Positions 1 through 12,905 of a stretch of DNA of 64,000 bases are shown here, piece by piece; position 1 is the first letter of the stretch, and every line of letters starts with the position of its first letter. The translations under genes were made by a program, and so were the position numbers. Under the pieces are notes generated by a model. The model ran no database searches. It saw nothing but the letters and a program-made list of their open reading frames with translations, and was not told the origin of the DNA. The stretch is from Octopus sinensis. Its lineage: Eukaryota. Where the stretch lies: assembly GCF_006345805.1 (NCBI RefSeq), contig NC_042998.1:11532001-11596000 (forward strand). Reading direction: 5' to 3'.

Positions 1-37
1 CTTCTGTTAAAACAGTAAGTTTTAAACATTCGACTAA

Positions 38-3000
38 ATTTTCACATTCTCGTTTAAACTCGGTTGTATAAATATTCGCGGCCTGGGGTCGTATTGGAAG
101 CAAGGCTACCTCCTTAACGACCTTAGGTCGCATCGTTTGGATGTAGTGGTAATTACCGAATCCAGACTGAGTGGACTGCAGGCTTTTTCGCCCCTTCTAA
201 ACGGCTATGAGAAATACATTTCTCCCTGTCGACCTGGAGGGGGAGGAGGAGTGGCAGTGCTGGTCAGGAAAAACCTGGATTTAGAGATTAGAACTGTCTT
301 TATAGATCCGGAAGGCAGGTTGGTCGTTTTGGATGTGACGCACAGCAGTGGTAAAGTGTTCAGGCTGGTCGCTGTCTATGCTCCCTGCGAAGGAAAAGCC
401 GGGCAGAAAGAGTATTTCAAAAGCCTAGAGAATTTTCTTGGCACGTCGAACACGTTAGTATTGCTAGGTGACTTCAACATAATTTGCGATGCAAGCGTAG
501 ATTATGTTGGCTCAAGAAAAAATACGAGGGGATTACCTCACCTCAACGATATGCTAAGTCGTTTCGAATTGGCAGATAGATTCAGACTGGACCATCCAGA
601 CATTCCAGAGTGGACCTGGGCAAGAAACGACGGGTCGTCCAGATCTTATATCGATAGAATCATAACTAGAAGGAAAGATAAGAAAATACTTAGCTGTCCA
701 CAACACCATATCGTCAGCTACAGCGATCACAAATTAGTGACCTGTACGCTCGACATAGATAGCATGTGTAGACGAGGTACCGGCTACTGGAAGCTAAACA
801 AGTCACTATTGGACTGTGAAGCCTACAGGAATCGGATTAAACAATTAGTAATGAGGGCGTTAACCGGATCCATTATCAACAATAAATGGTGGTACGCCCT
901 GAAAAGAGCCATCAAATTTGAGTCAATTAGGTTTAGCAAAGAACTAGCTAGTGCTAGAAACAAGTAGAAAAGGAACTAGTTAAGGCTATAGAGGAGGCAA
1001 TGAGGTCAGGCTGTGCATCGAAAGTGTTAGCGGCGAGGTTAGCACTAGACCAACATCTCCAAGCTAAACATGAAGGGTGCATTATTAGGGCTAAGATCCG
1101 TGCAATGAGACAGGAAGGGATCAACGCAGCCGGATGGGCCCGGGTGGTAGAGGGCCAGCGTGGCAACAACTCAACCATTCGATCCTTGACGGGCCCAAAT
1201 GGTCGATTAGTAAACGAACCCGAGGAGATGTGCAAGGTGTTTCATGATCATTTCGCCCAGCTATTCGGGAGGAGCGGCGAGCTGGAGCGCGGGGAGAAGC
1301 TCGCAGACTTCCTAGCCGGTTCGCCGCGTCTATCGGGGCCGGACGCGGAATCTTGTGAGGCGCCGATCACAGCCAAAGAAGTCGAGGATATGTTGGCAGA
1401 ATGCGGCGGGGACAAATCGCCGGGACTCGATGGTCTGCCTTACGAACTCTATAGTAGCATGCCAGACTTGTTTGGGCACCTACTTGCATGCGTGTACACC
1501 AACTGGCAGCAGAACGGGAGAATTCCTAAGTCTGTGAGCCGAGGGGTGGTAGCGTTGTTAAGAAAAGACCCAAACAAGGGGGATTTAATTGATAATTCCG
1601 GCCTATCACTCTGCTTAACGCAGAGTTGAAGATCTTGGCCAAGGTCTTAGCAAAAAGGTTGGCGAGGGTCGTGTGGGTGAACTTGTTGGCAAGGCGCAAA
1701 CTTGCGCCATCCCTGGAAGGACCATCCACGACAATCTCCACTTTCTACGCTATGCCTTAGAAAGGGTAAATAGGATCCTGGCAAGGGTGGGCCTATGGTC
1801 CACTTGGACCAATCGAAAGCGTTTGATAGGGTGGACCATCAGTATCTGGCGGCGGTCCTCGCGGCGGCTGGCTTCGGCCCGACCTTCCGCGGATGGATCA
1901 TCGCTTTATACAGCAACATCGAATCGGTAGTTCGGGTAAATGGTTCCTTTCGGAGCCGTTCAGCATTGAACGTTCGGTACGTCAAGGGTGTCCTCTCTCC
2001 CCGCTTCTCTACGTTTTGGCCCTCGAGCCGTTGCTGAGGAGGTTGGAAACTATGAGAGGCACCCCGCAAGATCTAGGGTGCGGAAAGTCAGCTTCGGCGT
2101 ATGCGGACGACATCACCGTCATCGTTTCCCGAGTCGAGCACCTACAGTGGGTGGGTGAGGCCTTAAGGGACTACGAAACGGTGGCAGGAGCGAAAGTCAA
2201 CCGGGATAAATCGGTCGGCTTGCAACTCGGCACCTGGAGGGGCAAGTCGATGTCTTCCGACAGCGTCGTAGGACGTTGGACGGAAGGACCGGTGAAAATG
2301 CTTGGGATCTGGTTAGGTCCAGATCTCCAGATAGAGAAGAATTGGAGCGAGGTGGCGAGAAAGGTGGCTCTCCTAACTCAGACATGGTCTGAACGGAATC
2401 TGTCCTTGAAAGGGAAGGCGGAGGTTGCAGAAGTGTTTATCGCCTCTGTAATCACTTACCGCCTAACCGTCGTGCCTGCCCCGATTCGTGGCTGAACAAA
2501 CTGGAACGCATGCTCTTTCGCTTTTTGTGGAGGGGCAGCAGACCTCTTGTAAGGCGCTCTATTTGCTGCCAAAAGCCGCTGAACGGTGGGTTAGGGATGC
2601 CGTGGCTAAAAATGCGCAGACATGCGCTCAGGCTTAGGCACCTCTGGATTTACCTGGACGGTGAGCAGGTGTGGTCTCCGTTTGTCAAGCTGTTATTTCC
2701 ACAGTTCACATCGTTTAACGAACTGAACCCATGGATCAAGTGTAGACCGAGGTTGGGCATGTGGCATGCAGAGTGCTATCAGGCACTCGTGCTTCTCTCC
2801 CAGTCGGGCAACGCCGGTGGCGGGGCTACTACCGCGTTCTTCTATAGAGGGTTAGTAGAGTTTAAGTGTGACGACGTCCTAGGAGAAACTCTGGGCTTCG
2901 ACGAAAATCAACTGGCCAGCCTGTTCCAAAGAACATTCGGTCCGGGGCCTATGGATAATTACCAAAAGTCCCTGGCCTGGCAATGTTACAGAGGAGCTTT

Positions 3001-3451
3001 ACCGGTTCGAGATAAGCTCTTTAGACATGGGTGTGCACCTTCGCCGGTTTGTGCAAGATGTAAGAGGGACAGTGAAACTGTCCTGCATGCGATTGTGCAA
3101 TGCCCCAAGGTGACTGAACTCTGGACTTATGTCGAACACCTGCTGTCGCATTCGAGAAGAGTACAACTGTCGAGCGAATCTGTAATTAAGATAGTTCCGC
3201 CGACCTTCCTGAATAGGGAGGAGCGAGCCTGTTTTCTTTCGGTAGTTGCTATGGCGAAAGAAGTAGTGTGGAAGACGAGAGTAAAAGGAATTGCAACAGG
3301 CATGTTTATCTCCAGTCTCGAGCTAATCGACTTTTTCGTTTTCCACATGAAACGGAAAATAAGGCTGGAGAAGAAATGCCTGTCGCAAAGTGTGTTTCGT
3401 AAAAGATGGAAGTCTATAGCAAGTATGTCGCGAGTGAAAGAACCTATTTAA
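38..3451 (+). mobile_element. Tx1/L1-clade non-LTR retrotransposon ORF2 (APE endonuclease, reverse transcriptase, C-terminal CCHC), broken by about 6 small frameshifts
   Basis: APE motifs: LGCINIRGL (~59-85, in frame with the 137 ORF), LLGDFN, SYIDRI, YSDH. RT motifs: KSPGLDGLPYE, LDQSKAFDRVDH, VRQGCPLSPLLY, AYADDITV. Zn knuckle CARC-x7-H-x4-C. Pieces correspond to ORFs 137-967, 1000-1629, 1673-1930, 1795-2037, 1893-2495 and 2510-3451. Confidence 0.95.
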
Positions 3452-3669
3452 TCGAGAATGTAAAAAAGGATAAAGCAAAGTCTTCAGTGTGAGTATGTGG
3501 TTTGTGGGGTCGACCGCGTCCTCCGCTTCATTTTTGTTAATCACTCATTCTCATTTAATTGTATATATATTAATTGTTTGTTTATTCATGTTTCGTCTCA
3601 TTCGATACCCTGACCCCAACGTTTGTTTTGTCCCCTCTTTTTCTCAACCTTATGGTGAATAAAGAAATA
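3452..3669 (+). mobile_element. 3' UTR of the Tx1 LINE, with AATAAA at 3658-3663, ending at a (CT)n tract
   Basis: Follows the stop at 3449-3451; the sequence AATAAAGAAATA is joined directly to CTCTCTCT. Confidence 0.75.
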
Positions 3670-3702
<33 letters not shown>

Positions 3703-3911
3703 TCTCTCTTTCTCACACACACACACACTCTCTCTCTCTCTCTCACACACACACTCTCTCTCTCTCTCTTTCTCTCTCACACACACACACACTCTCTCTC
3801 TCTCTACACACACACACACACACTCTCTCTCTCTCTCTCTCTATCACACACACTCTCTCTCTCTCTCTTCTCTCTCTATCACACACACTCTCTCTCTCAC
3901 ACACACACACA
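3670..3911. repeat. Compound (CT)n/(CA)n microsatellite; a similar tract lies at 7430-7760
   Basis: Direct reading. Confidence 0.95.
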
Positions 3912-4395
3912 CTGACACTCTCTTAGTGTGTGTCAGAAATGTTTGGTTTCTGAAAACAGTCGCTTGATTTGCAAAAAAAGATTAAAAAATAGGGAAATGT
4001 TCTTGAAGTCAGTTCCTACCATCTTAAAAGAAAAAGAAAAAAACGAGACACATACTTGATAATATAATCATCCATATACAATGGGTAAAAAATAAAAGAT
4101 GACTTCGTCATGGCTGGTCTGCCTTTCATCATAGGTCAGTTGAATCAAGACTTTTTCTCTTAGTTTATAAATCAACTTCAAACGGGACGAATGATTAATT
4201 TTTACTTTTTTTCCTCACGAAATAAAATTAATTTGAGTGACAGCAAATTTACTTTTATTTTATGTAAGAACAAATAAGAAAGCATATTAATTTTCTGTGC
4301 TTTATCAATCCTACTATAATTTTCACCATAATAATAATCATGCGTTCGAATATCGAAAGAAAATTGTATTTTGATATTTATCCAAGACAGTTATA

Positions 4396-4809
4396 GGCGT
4401 AGGAGTGGCTGTGTGGTAAGTAGCTTGTTTACCAACCACATGGTTCCGGGTTCAGTCCCACTGCGTCGCACCTTGGGCAAGTGTCTTCTACTATAGCCTC
4501 TGTCTAACAAAGCCTTGTGAGTGGATTTGGTGGACGGAAACTGAAAGAAGCCCGTCTTATATATGTATATATATACATGCGTGGGTGTGTTTGTGTGTCT
4601 GTGTTTGTTCCCCTAGCATTGCTTGACAACCGATGCTAGTGTGTTTATGTCCCCGTTACTTAGCGGTTCGGCAAAAGAGACCGATAGAATAAGTACTGGG
4701 CTTACAAAAGAATAAGTCCCGGGGTTGAGTTGCTCGATTAAAAGGCGGTGCTCCAGCATGGCCACAGTCAAATGACTGAAACAAGTAAAAGAGTAAAAGA
4801 GTAAAAGAG
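4396..4809 (+). mobile_element. tRNA-derived SINE family 1 (head GGCGYAGGAGTGGCTGTGTGG, internal microsatellite, tail (GTAAAAGA)n)
   Basis: A-box-like TGGCTGTGTGG and B-box-like GGTTCAGTCCC; more than 15 related copies in the window. Confidence 0.9.
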
Positions 4810-4973
4810 ATATTTAACGAAATTTAATCAAGTCTGAAATAAATATTGTGTTTTAAAGAAGACTAATTGATATATCTCATGTTATGATGACGATAACGAA
4901 ATGGGACAAGCAATACTCGGGAATATATATATATATATTAACTATATATATATATAGTTAATATATATATTTT

Positions 4974-5185
4974 TTTTACTTGTTTCAGTCATTTGACTGC
5001 GGCCATGCTGGAGCACCGCCTTTAATCGAGCAACTCGACCCCGGGACTTATTCTTTGTAAGCCCAGTACTTATTCTATCGGTCTCTTTTGCCGAACCGCT
5101 AGATGACGGGGACGTAAACACACCAGCATCGGTTGTCAAGCAATGCTAGGGGGACAAACACAGACACACAAACACATACACACAC

Positions 5186-5242
<57 letters not shown>

Positions 5243-5407
5243 TACGACAGGCTTCTTTCAGTTTCCGTCTACCAAATCCACTCACAAGGCATTGGTCAGC
5301 CCGGGGCTATAGCAGAAGACACTTGCCCAAGATGCCACGCAGTGGGACTGAACCCGGAACCATGTGGTTGGTAAATAAGCTACTTACCACACAGCCACTC
5401 CTGCGCC
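4974..5407 (-). mobile_element. SINE family 1, present in duplication copy A only
   Basis: Full head to tail on the - strand; empty site at ~8765-8780. Confidence 0.9.
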
Positions 5408-5965
5408 TATGTTTTTTTGTTTGTTTTTTTTTTTGTCTACCATTCACAGAAGGAAGAAATGTGAAAACAAGAAAATATCAACAAATAGAGCTGAAACGTA
5501 AACTTACCGTTTCGTTGCATTAGATGGACGATTGTAGGAAAAATGTCAGAACTTAATGTTTTCATAAGAGAGAGGAAGAAAAGAAACTTCATTGATACAC
5601 ACCTCTATTTACTATTGTAGTGACGTGAGTTTTCATTGAAATGAATACAAGTTAATTAAACGGGACAAGATATTTTAGTTGGATTGATATAAAATTTGTG
5701 AGAGGTGAGCGGACGCTACAAGTGTCTCTTCATGTCGGAGAGATTGTGTGTAGCAGACGACAGGATTTCACTGGAGCGCATGCGTGGGATTAAGGTAAGC
5801 GTTTCTTTAGAGTTTGAACTAATTGTGATCGACAAGAGATTTAAGTTTTATACGTAATGGCTGTTATTTAGCCCTAGGTCAGCCCGAACCAAACACACGC
5901 ACACACACGCACACACACACACACGCACACACACACGTACACACACACGTACACGCACACACACG

Positions 5966-5997
<32 letters not shown>

Positions 5998-6721
5998 TAC
6001 ACACACACACGCACACACACACACACACACTATCTCTCACTCTCTCTCCTAGTGTGTGTCAGAAATGTTTTAACATCATTCGTATAAAAATACCTACGAA
6101 ATACAACAGAAATATCTTCCGAAATTTGATTAAATCTGAAATAAATATTGTGTTTTAAAGGAGTCTATTTGATACATCTCGTGTTAAAATGACGATAACG
6201 AATGGGACTAGTGTATATAAAAAAAATTATATAATATAATGTACGGCAGACAAGATCTCATGGCAATACTCAGGAATATATATCTGATATTTGGTCAACT
6301 TTTCTCAGACATGAGTGCTTGCAAAAATGAGTACAAAACAAGAAAATAAAACCAACAAATACGTAATACTAAAACGTAAACTCACCATTTCGTACATTGT
6401 TGAAGTTACTGTATTTAGATGATTGCAGACAAGATATTTTAGCTGAGCTGTTATGAAATTTGTGAGGAGTAAGCGGCATTAGCGTCTTTTCATGGAGGGA
6501 TTAAATGTAGCAGACGATAGAATTTCACTGAAGCGCATGCGCAGGATTAAGGTAAGCGTTTCTTTAGAAACAAAAATAACAAAAAATAAACAAGAGTTGT
6601 CGTTGTTTAGCCTAAGGACAGTCCTGGTTGAACAAAATAAACCTATGGCATCTTCGTGATATGGCGAACGAATCTGTCCTCCTTTAGTTTATTAAAATAT
6701 ATATACTATAAAATATATATA

Positions 6722-7102
6722 GGCGCAGGAGTGGATCCGGGTTCAGTCCCACTGCGTGGCATCTTGGGCAAGTGTCTTCCACTATAGCCTTGTGAGTGGA
6801 TTTGGTAGACGGAAACTCAAAGAAGCCCGTCGTATATATGTATGTATATATATATGTGTGTGTGTGTGTGCGTGTGTATGTTTGTGTGTGTGTTTGTCCC
6901 CTTAGCATTGCTTGACAACCGATGCTGGTGTGTTTATGTCTCCGTAACTTAGCAGTTCGGCAAAAGAGACTGATAGAATAAGTACTGGGCTTACAAAGAA
7001 TAAGTCCCGGGGTCGATTTGCTCGAGTAAAGGCGGTGCTCCAGCATGGCCGCAGCCAAATGACTGAAACAAGTAAAAGAGTAAAGAGTAAAGAGTAAAAG
7101 AG
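6722..7102 (+). mobile_element. SINE family 1, internally deleted (paralogue at 10366-10783; extra 3' half at 10168-10350)
   Basis: The same two deletions are present in both paralogous copies. Confidence 0.85.
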
Positions 7103-7497
7103 TATGTGAGCTGCCTAAGCGTCTTTTCATGTCGGGAAGATTGTATGTAGCAGACGATAGAATTTCACTGAAGCACATGAGGTAAAATGAAGGTGTTTCT
7201 TTAGAATTAGAACGTTTTAGTTGAGTTGTTATAAAATTTGTGAGAGATGGACTGTATTAGCGTCTCTTCATGTCGGAGAGATTGTGTGTAGCAGACGATA
7301 GGATTTCATTGGAGCGCATGCGTGGGATTAAGGTAAGAGTTTCTTTTAGAGTTAGAATTATAATCGACAAGAGATTTAAGTATAATCCGTAATAGTTGTT
7401 ATTTAACCCTAGGTCAGCCCGAATCAAACACACGCACACACACACTCTCTCTCTCTCTCACACAGAAACACACACTCTCATTCTCTCACACACACAG

Positions 7498-7530
<33 letters not shown>

Positions 7531-7760
7531 GTCTCTCTCTCTCTCTCTCTCACATACACACACACACACACACACACTCTCTCTCTCCCATACACACACT
7601 CTCTCACACACACACACACACACTCTCTCTCTCTCACACACACACTCTCTCTCTCACACACACACACACAGTCTCTCTCTCTCTCTCTCACACACACGCA
7701 CACACACACACTCTCTCTCTCTCTCTCTATCACACACTCTCTCTCTCACACACACACACA

Positions 7761-9409
7761 CTGACACTCTCTTAGTGTGTGTCAGAAATGTTTGGTTTCT
7801 GAAAGCAGTCGCTTGATTTGCAAAAAAGATTAAAAAATAGGGAAATGTTCTTGAAGTCAGTTCTTACCACCTTAAAAGAAAAGAAAGAAAAAACGAAACA
7901 CATACTCAATATAATCATCCATATACAATGGGTAAAAAATAAAAGATGACTTCGTCATGGCTGGTCTGCCTTTCATTATAGGTCAGTTGAATCAAGACTT
8001 TTTCTCTTAGTTTATAAATCAACTTCAAACGGGACGAATGATTAATTTTTACGTTTTTTCCTCACGAAATAAAATTAATTTGAGTGACAGCAAATTTACT
8101 TTTATTTTATGTAAGAACAAATAAGAAAGCATATTAATTTTCTGTGCTTTATCAATCCTACTATAATTTTCACCATAATAATAATCGTGCGTTCGAATAT
8201 CGAAAGAAAATTGTATTTTGATATTTATCCAAGACAGTTATAGGCGTAGGAGTGGCTGTGTGGTAAGTAGCTTGTTTACCAACCACATGGTTCCGGGTTC
8301 AGTCCCACTGCGTCGCACCTTGGGCAAGTGTCTTCTACTATAGCCTCGGGCCGACCAAAGCCTTGTGAGGGGATTTGGTAGACGGAAACTGAAAGAAGCC
8401 TGTCGTATATATGTATATATATATATAAGTGTGTGTGTATATGTTTGTGTGTCTGTGTTTGTCCCCCTAGCATTGCTTGACAACAGATGCTGGTGTGTTT
8501 ACGTCCCCGTTACTTAGCGGTTCGGCAAAAGAGACTGATAGAATAAGTACTGGGCTTACAAAAGAATAAGTCCCGGGGTCGATTTGCTCGATTAAAAGGC
8601 GGTGCTCCAGCATGGCCGCAGTCAAATGACTGAAACAAGTAAAAGAGTAAAAGAGATATTTAACGAAATTTAATCAAGTCTGAAATAAATATTGTGTTTT
8701 AAAGAAGACTAATTGATATATCTCATGTTAAATGACGATAACGAAATGGGACAAGCAATACTCGGGAATATATATTTGGTCTACCATTCACAGAAGGAAG
8801 AAATGTGAAAACAAGAAAATATCAACAAATAGAGCTGAAACGTAAACTTACCGTTTCGTTGCATTAGATGGACGATTGTAGGAAAAATGTCAGAACTTAA
8901 TGTTTTCATAAGAGAGAGGAAGAAAAGAAACTTCATTGATACACACCTCCATTTACTATTGTAGTGACGTGAGTTTTCATTGAAATGAATACAAGTTAAG
9001 TAGACTGGACAAGATATTTTAGTTGGATTGTTACAAAATTGTGAGAGGTGAGCGGACGCTACAAGTGTCTCTTCATGTCGGAGAGATTCTGTGTAGCAGA
9101 CGATAGGATTTCACTGGAGCGCATGCGTGGGATTAAAGTAAGCGTTTCTTTAGAGTTTGAACTAATTGTGATCGACAAGAGATTTAAGTTTTATACGTAA
9201 TGGCTGTTATTTAGCCCTAGGTCAGCCCGAACCAAACACACACACACACACGCACACACACACACACGCACGCACACACACACACACACGCACACACACA
9301 CGCACACACACGTGCACACACACGTACACACACACACACACGCGCGCGCGCGCGCGCACACACACACGCACACACACACGCACACACACACACGCACACA
9401 CACGCACAC

Positions 9410-9443
<34 letters not shown>

Positions 9444-9450
9444 CACACAC

Positions 9451-9492
<42 letters not shown>

Positions 9493-10492
9493 TATCTTTC
9501 TCCTAGTGTGTGTCAGAAATGTTTTAACATCATTCGTATAAAAATACCTACCAAATACAACAGAAATATCTTCCGAAAGTTGATTAAATCTGAAATAAAT
9601 ACTGTGTTTTAAAGGAGTCTATTTGATACATCTCGTGTTAAAATGATAACAAAATGGGACTAGTATATATATATAAAATTATATAATATAATGTACGGCA
9701 GACAAGATCTCATGGCAATACTCGGGAATATATATCTGATATTTGGTCAACTTTTCTCAGACATGAGTGCTTGCAAAAATGAGTACAAAACAAGAAAACA
9801 AAACCAACAAATACGTAATACTAAAACGTAAACTCACCATTTCGTACATTGTTGAAATTACTGTATTTAGATGATTGCAGACAAGATATTTTAGCTGAGC
9901 TGTTATGAAATTTGTGAGGAGTAAGCGGCATTAGCGTCTTTTCATGGAGGGATTAAATGTAGCAGACGATAGAATTTCACTGAAGCGCATGCGCAGGATT
10001 AAGGTAAGCGTTTCTTTAGAAACAAAAATAACAAAAAATAAACAAGAGTTGTCGTTGTTTAGCCTAAGGACAGTCCTGGTTGAACAAAATAAACCTATGG
10101 CATCTTCGTGATATGGCCAACGAATCTGTCCTTCTTTAGTTTTTTAAAATATATATCCTATATATTTTGACAACCGATGCTGGTGTGTTTACGTCCCCGT
10201 CACTTAGCGGTTCGGCAAAAGAGACCGATAGAATAAGTACTGGGCTTACAAAGAATAACTCCCGGGGTCGATTTGTTCGACTAAAGGCGGTGCTCCAGCA
10301 TGGCCGCAGTCAAATGACTGAAACAAGTAAAAGAGTAAAAGAGTAAAGAGTATAAAATATATATAGGCACAGGAGTGGCTCCGGGTTCAGTCCCACTGCG
10401 TGGCATCTTGGGCAAGTGTCTTCCACTATAGCCTTGTGAGTGGATTTGGTAGACGGAAACTCAAAGAAGCCCGTCGTATATATGTATATATG

Positions 10493-10571
<79 letters not shown>

Positions 10572-10785
10572 TGTGTTTGTGTCTGTGTTTGTTCCCCTAG
10601 CATTGCTTGACAACCGATGCTGGTGTGTTTATGTCTCCGTAACTTAGCGGTTCGGCAAAAGATACCGACAGAATAAGTACTGGGCTTACAAAGAATAAGT
10701 CCCGATGTCGAGTTGCTCGACTAAAGGCGGTGCTCCAGCATGGCCGCAGTCAAACGACTGAAACAAGTAAAAGAGAAAAAGAGAA
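7761..10785 (+). repeat. Tandem segmental duplication, copy B
   Basis: Same order of blocks as 3912-7102; similarity ends at ~10785. Confidence 0.93.
8243..8655 (+). mobile_element. SINE family 1 (paralogue of 4396-4809)
   Basis: Identical flanks GACAGTTATA and GATATTTAACG. Confidence 0.9.
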
Positions 10786-11706
10786 TACTAGTTGCACATC
10801 AACATCTTGGAGTAGATTTTCTTTCACAAGGAAAATATATAAAAATTAAACTCTTCCCTACTAACGTTAATTATACACTAGCTTAAATCAGTCTTAATTC
10901 TACAGATCTGCAACGAAAAACACTCCAGTTGTGACCAGCGCATCTTTTTTTAAAATTTTTTTCTGTTTTTCAAATTTTGTGTATGGATGATTATATTATC
11001 CAGTGTGTCCTTCACATTTTTATAAGGTGGGAGGTAGTGATTTCGAGAACCTGCTACTATTTCTAGCAAATAAAGCAACTGCGTATAGGATTACTTCGTT
11101 TGTCCATACGCATGCACGCACGTGAGCACACATACACACACTACATACATGCACGCACACACACACACATATATATATATATTTTTACTTGTTTCAGTCA
11201 TTTTGACCGCGGCCATGCTAGAGCACCGCCTTTAGTCGAGCAAATCACCCCCAGGACTTATTCTTTGTAAGCGTAGTACTTATTCTATCGGTCACTTATG
11301 CCGAACCGCTAAGTTACAACGACGTAAACACACCAACATCGGTTGTCAAGCGATGTTGAGGGGGCAAACACACACACTCACACACATATAACCGACCAAT
11401 CAACTTGAAGCGATGCCGTAAACAGCATCTTGAATGTTCTTGAAATTCATACTTTTTTCCTTGTCAAGTAGGATAGATCTTCGCTCTCACACAAACCAAG
11501 AAAATAACCTTAATTTGTGACGGGTTCATATTTTTGCCTTCACCTTCGAAATAGCAAATGGCCGAGCAAACGCAGTTAAATCAATTCCGACATATTATTC
11601 CTCCTTTAATGAATTGGGATTAAAAGAGAAAATAACTTATCACTGCATAAGCAATGCCATGCAATGTCCATCCTTTCTAGGCGAATTTTGAAGGATTTAC
11701 TCTCTA

Positions 11707-12082
11707 CTCTTTTACTTGTTTCAGTCATTTGACTGCGGCCATGCTGGAGCACCGCCTTTAGTCGAGCAAATCGACCCCAGGACTTATTCTTTGTAAGCCC
11801 AGTACTTATTTTATCGGTATCTTTGGCCGAACCGCTAAGTGACGGGGACGTAAACACACCGGCATCGGTTGTCAAGCAATGCTAGGGGGACAAACACACA
11901 CACATATATATATACACATATATACGACAGGCTTCTTTCAGTTTTAGTCTACCAAATCCACTCACAAGGCATTGGTAGGCCCGGGGCTATAGCAGAAGAC
12001 ACTTGCCCAAGATGCCACGCAGTGGGACTGAACCTGGAACCATGTGGCTGGTTAGCAGGCTACTTACCACACAGCCACTCCT
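11707..12082 (-). mobile_element. SINE family 1 (3'-half copies also at 11183-11390 and 17025-17162, - strand)
   Basis: Similarity to the other copies. Confidence 0.88.
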
Positions 12083-12109
12083 GAAAGTTACATAACCTTT
12101 TTAAAAGAC

Positions 12110-12290
12110 TAGTATCGTAAATCCTCGAGTATAGTCCGCCCTTGAGTATAATATGCAGGGGATTTTTAGGGGGCTGTAACTCTGAAAAACCTAAACCTTA
12201 TGTATAATACGCAACCCTTCTCTAACTTGAGTCAAGGAGTTCTATATAACGTCCTTGGTACTCAAAGTATTCGAGTAACCAAGCCCTCAA
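12110..12290 (+). mobile_element. Possible left end of a pogo/Tigger-like DNA element
   Basis: TATCGTAAATCCTCGAGTATAGTCCGC resembles TA-CCGTA-type pogo TIRs; no partner TIR was seen. Confidence 0.35.
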
Positions 12291-12299
12291 TTCCATGTC

Positions 12300-12853
12300 A
12301 TTATTGAACGATACACTGCACAAAGCGTTCGAAAGAGATGAAAATCTGACGGCGCCAAATCAGGAGAGCACGTCCCATTCGAGTTCTTGAATCGCATGTT
12401 TGGTCATAGTGGCGATGTGAGGGCGGGCTTTGTCGTGTTGCAGAAGAACGCCATTTCGCCTATTCGGTCTTTTTTGCTTCGTTGAGTCGGTGCAGTTGTT
12501 GAACGTAGAGCTCAACACTGAGCATTTGGTTGCGCTCAAGCAGTTCGTAATGAATTTTGCCTTCTCAATCCTACCATACATGGTTCTTTTGAGGATGAAA
12601 GTCTTGTTTTGCTTGCGGGGTCGCTTGTTTGTCGCTGCTCCATATTGACGTAAAGGCACCCATTTTTATTCGACGGTGACATTGCGGTAAAGAAAACGCT
12701 GTTTGTGATCATGTGTTGAACGATGTCGAGCGATCAAAATGGCGGCGATTGTGGGGAGTTGGTTTTTGCGGTTTTCACTCAAAGCGTGTGGCACACAAGT
12801 GCAGTTTCAGAACCTTGTCCGTTGAGTGAAGGTAGTTTAATGTGAGTGGTCAC
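12300..12853 (-). mobile_element. Decayed mariner transposase, C-terminal part
   Basis: VPHALSEN, RFLYR..T..KWCLYVN, LLQHDKARPH, SPDLAPSDFHLFR motifs with frameshifts. Confidence 0.88.
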
Positions 12854-12905
12854 TAATTTGAAGTATGAAAGGGTTCGTGAAAACATCCATTAAATGCGCT
12901 TTTAA

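Larger units (their letters stand above)
3912..7102 (+). repeat. Tandem segmental duplication, copy A
   Basis: Starts CTGACACTCTCTTAGTGTGTGTCAGAAATG at 3912 and again at 7761 (offset 3849). Collinear and highly similar to copy B apart from SINE and microsatellite differences. Confidence 0.93.

Noticed and set aside
5143-5523. Recurrent ORFs starting MLGGQT, MSSNARGTN or MTTDAGVF
   Set aside because: Conceptual translations of SINE family 1, not genes.
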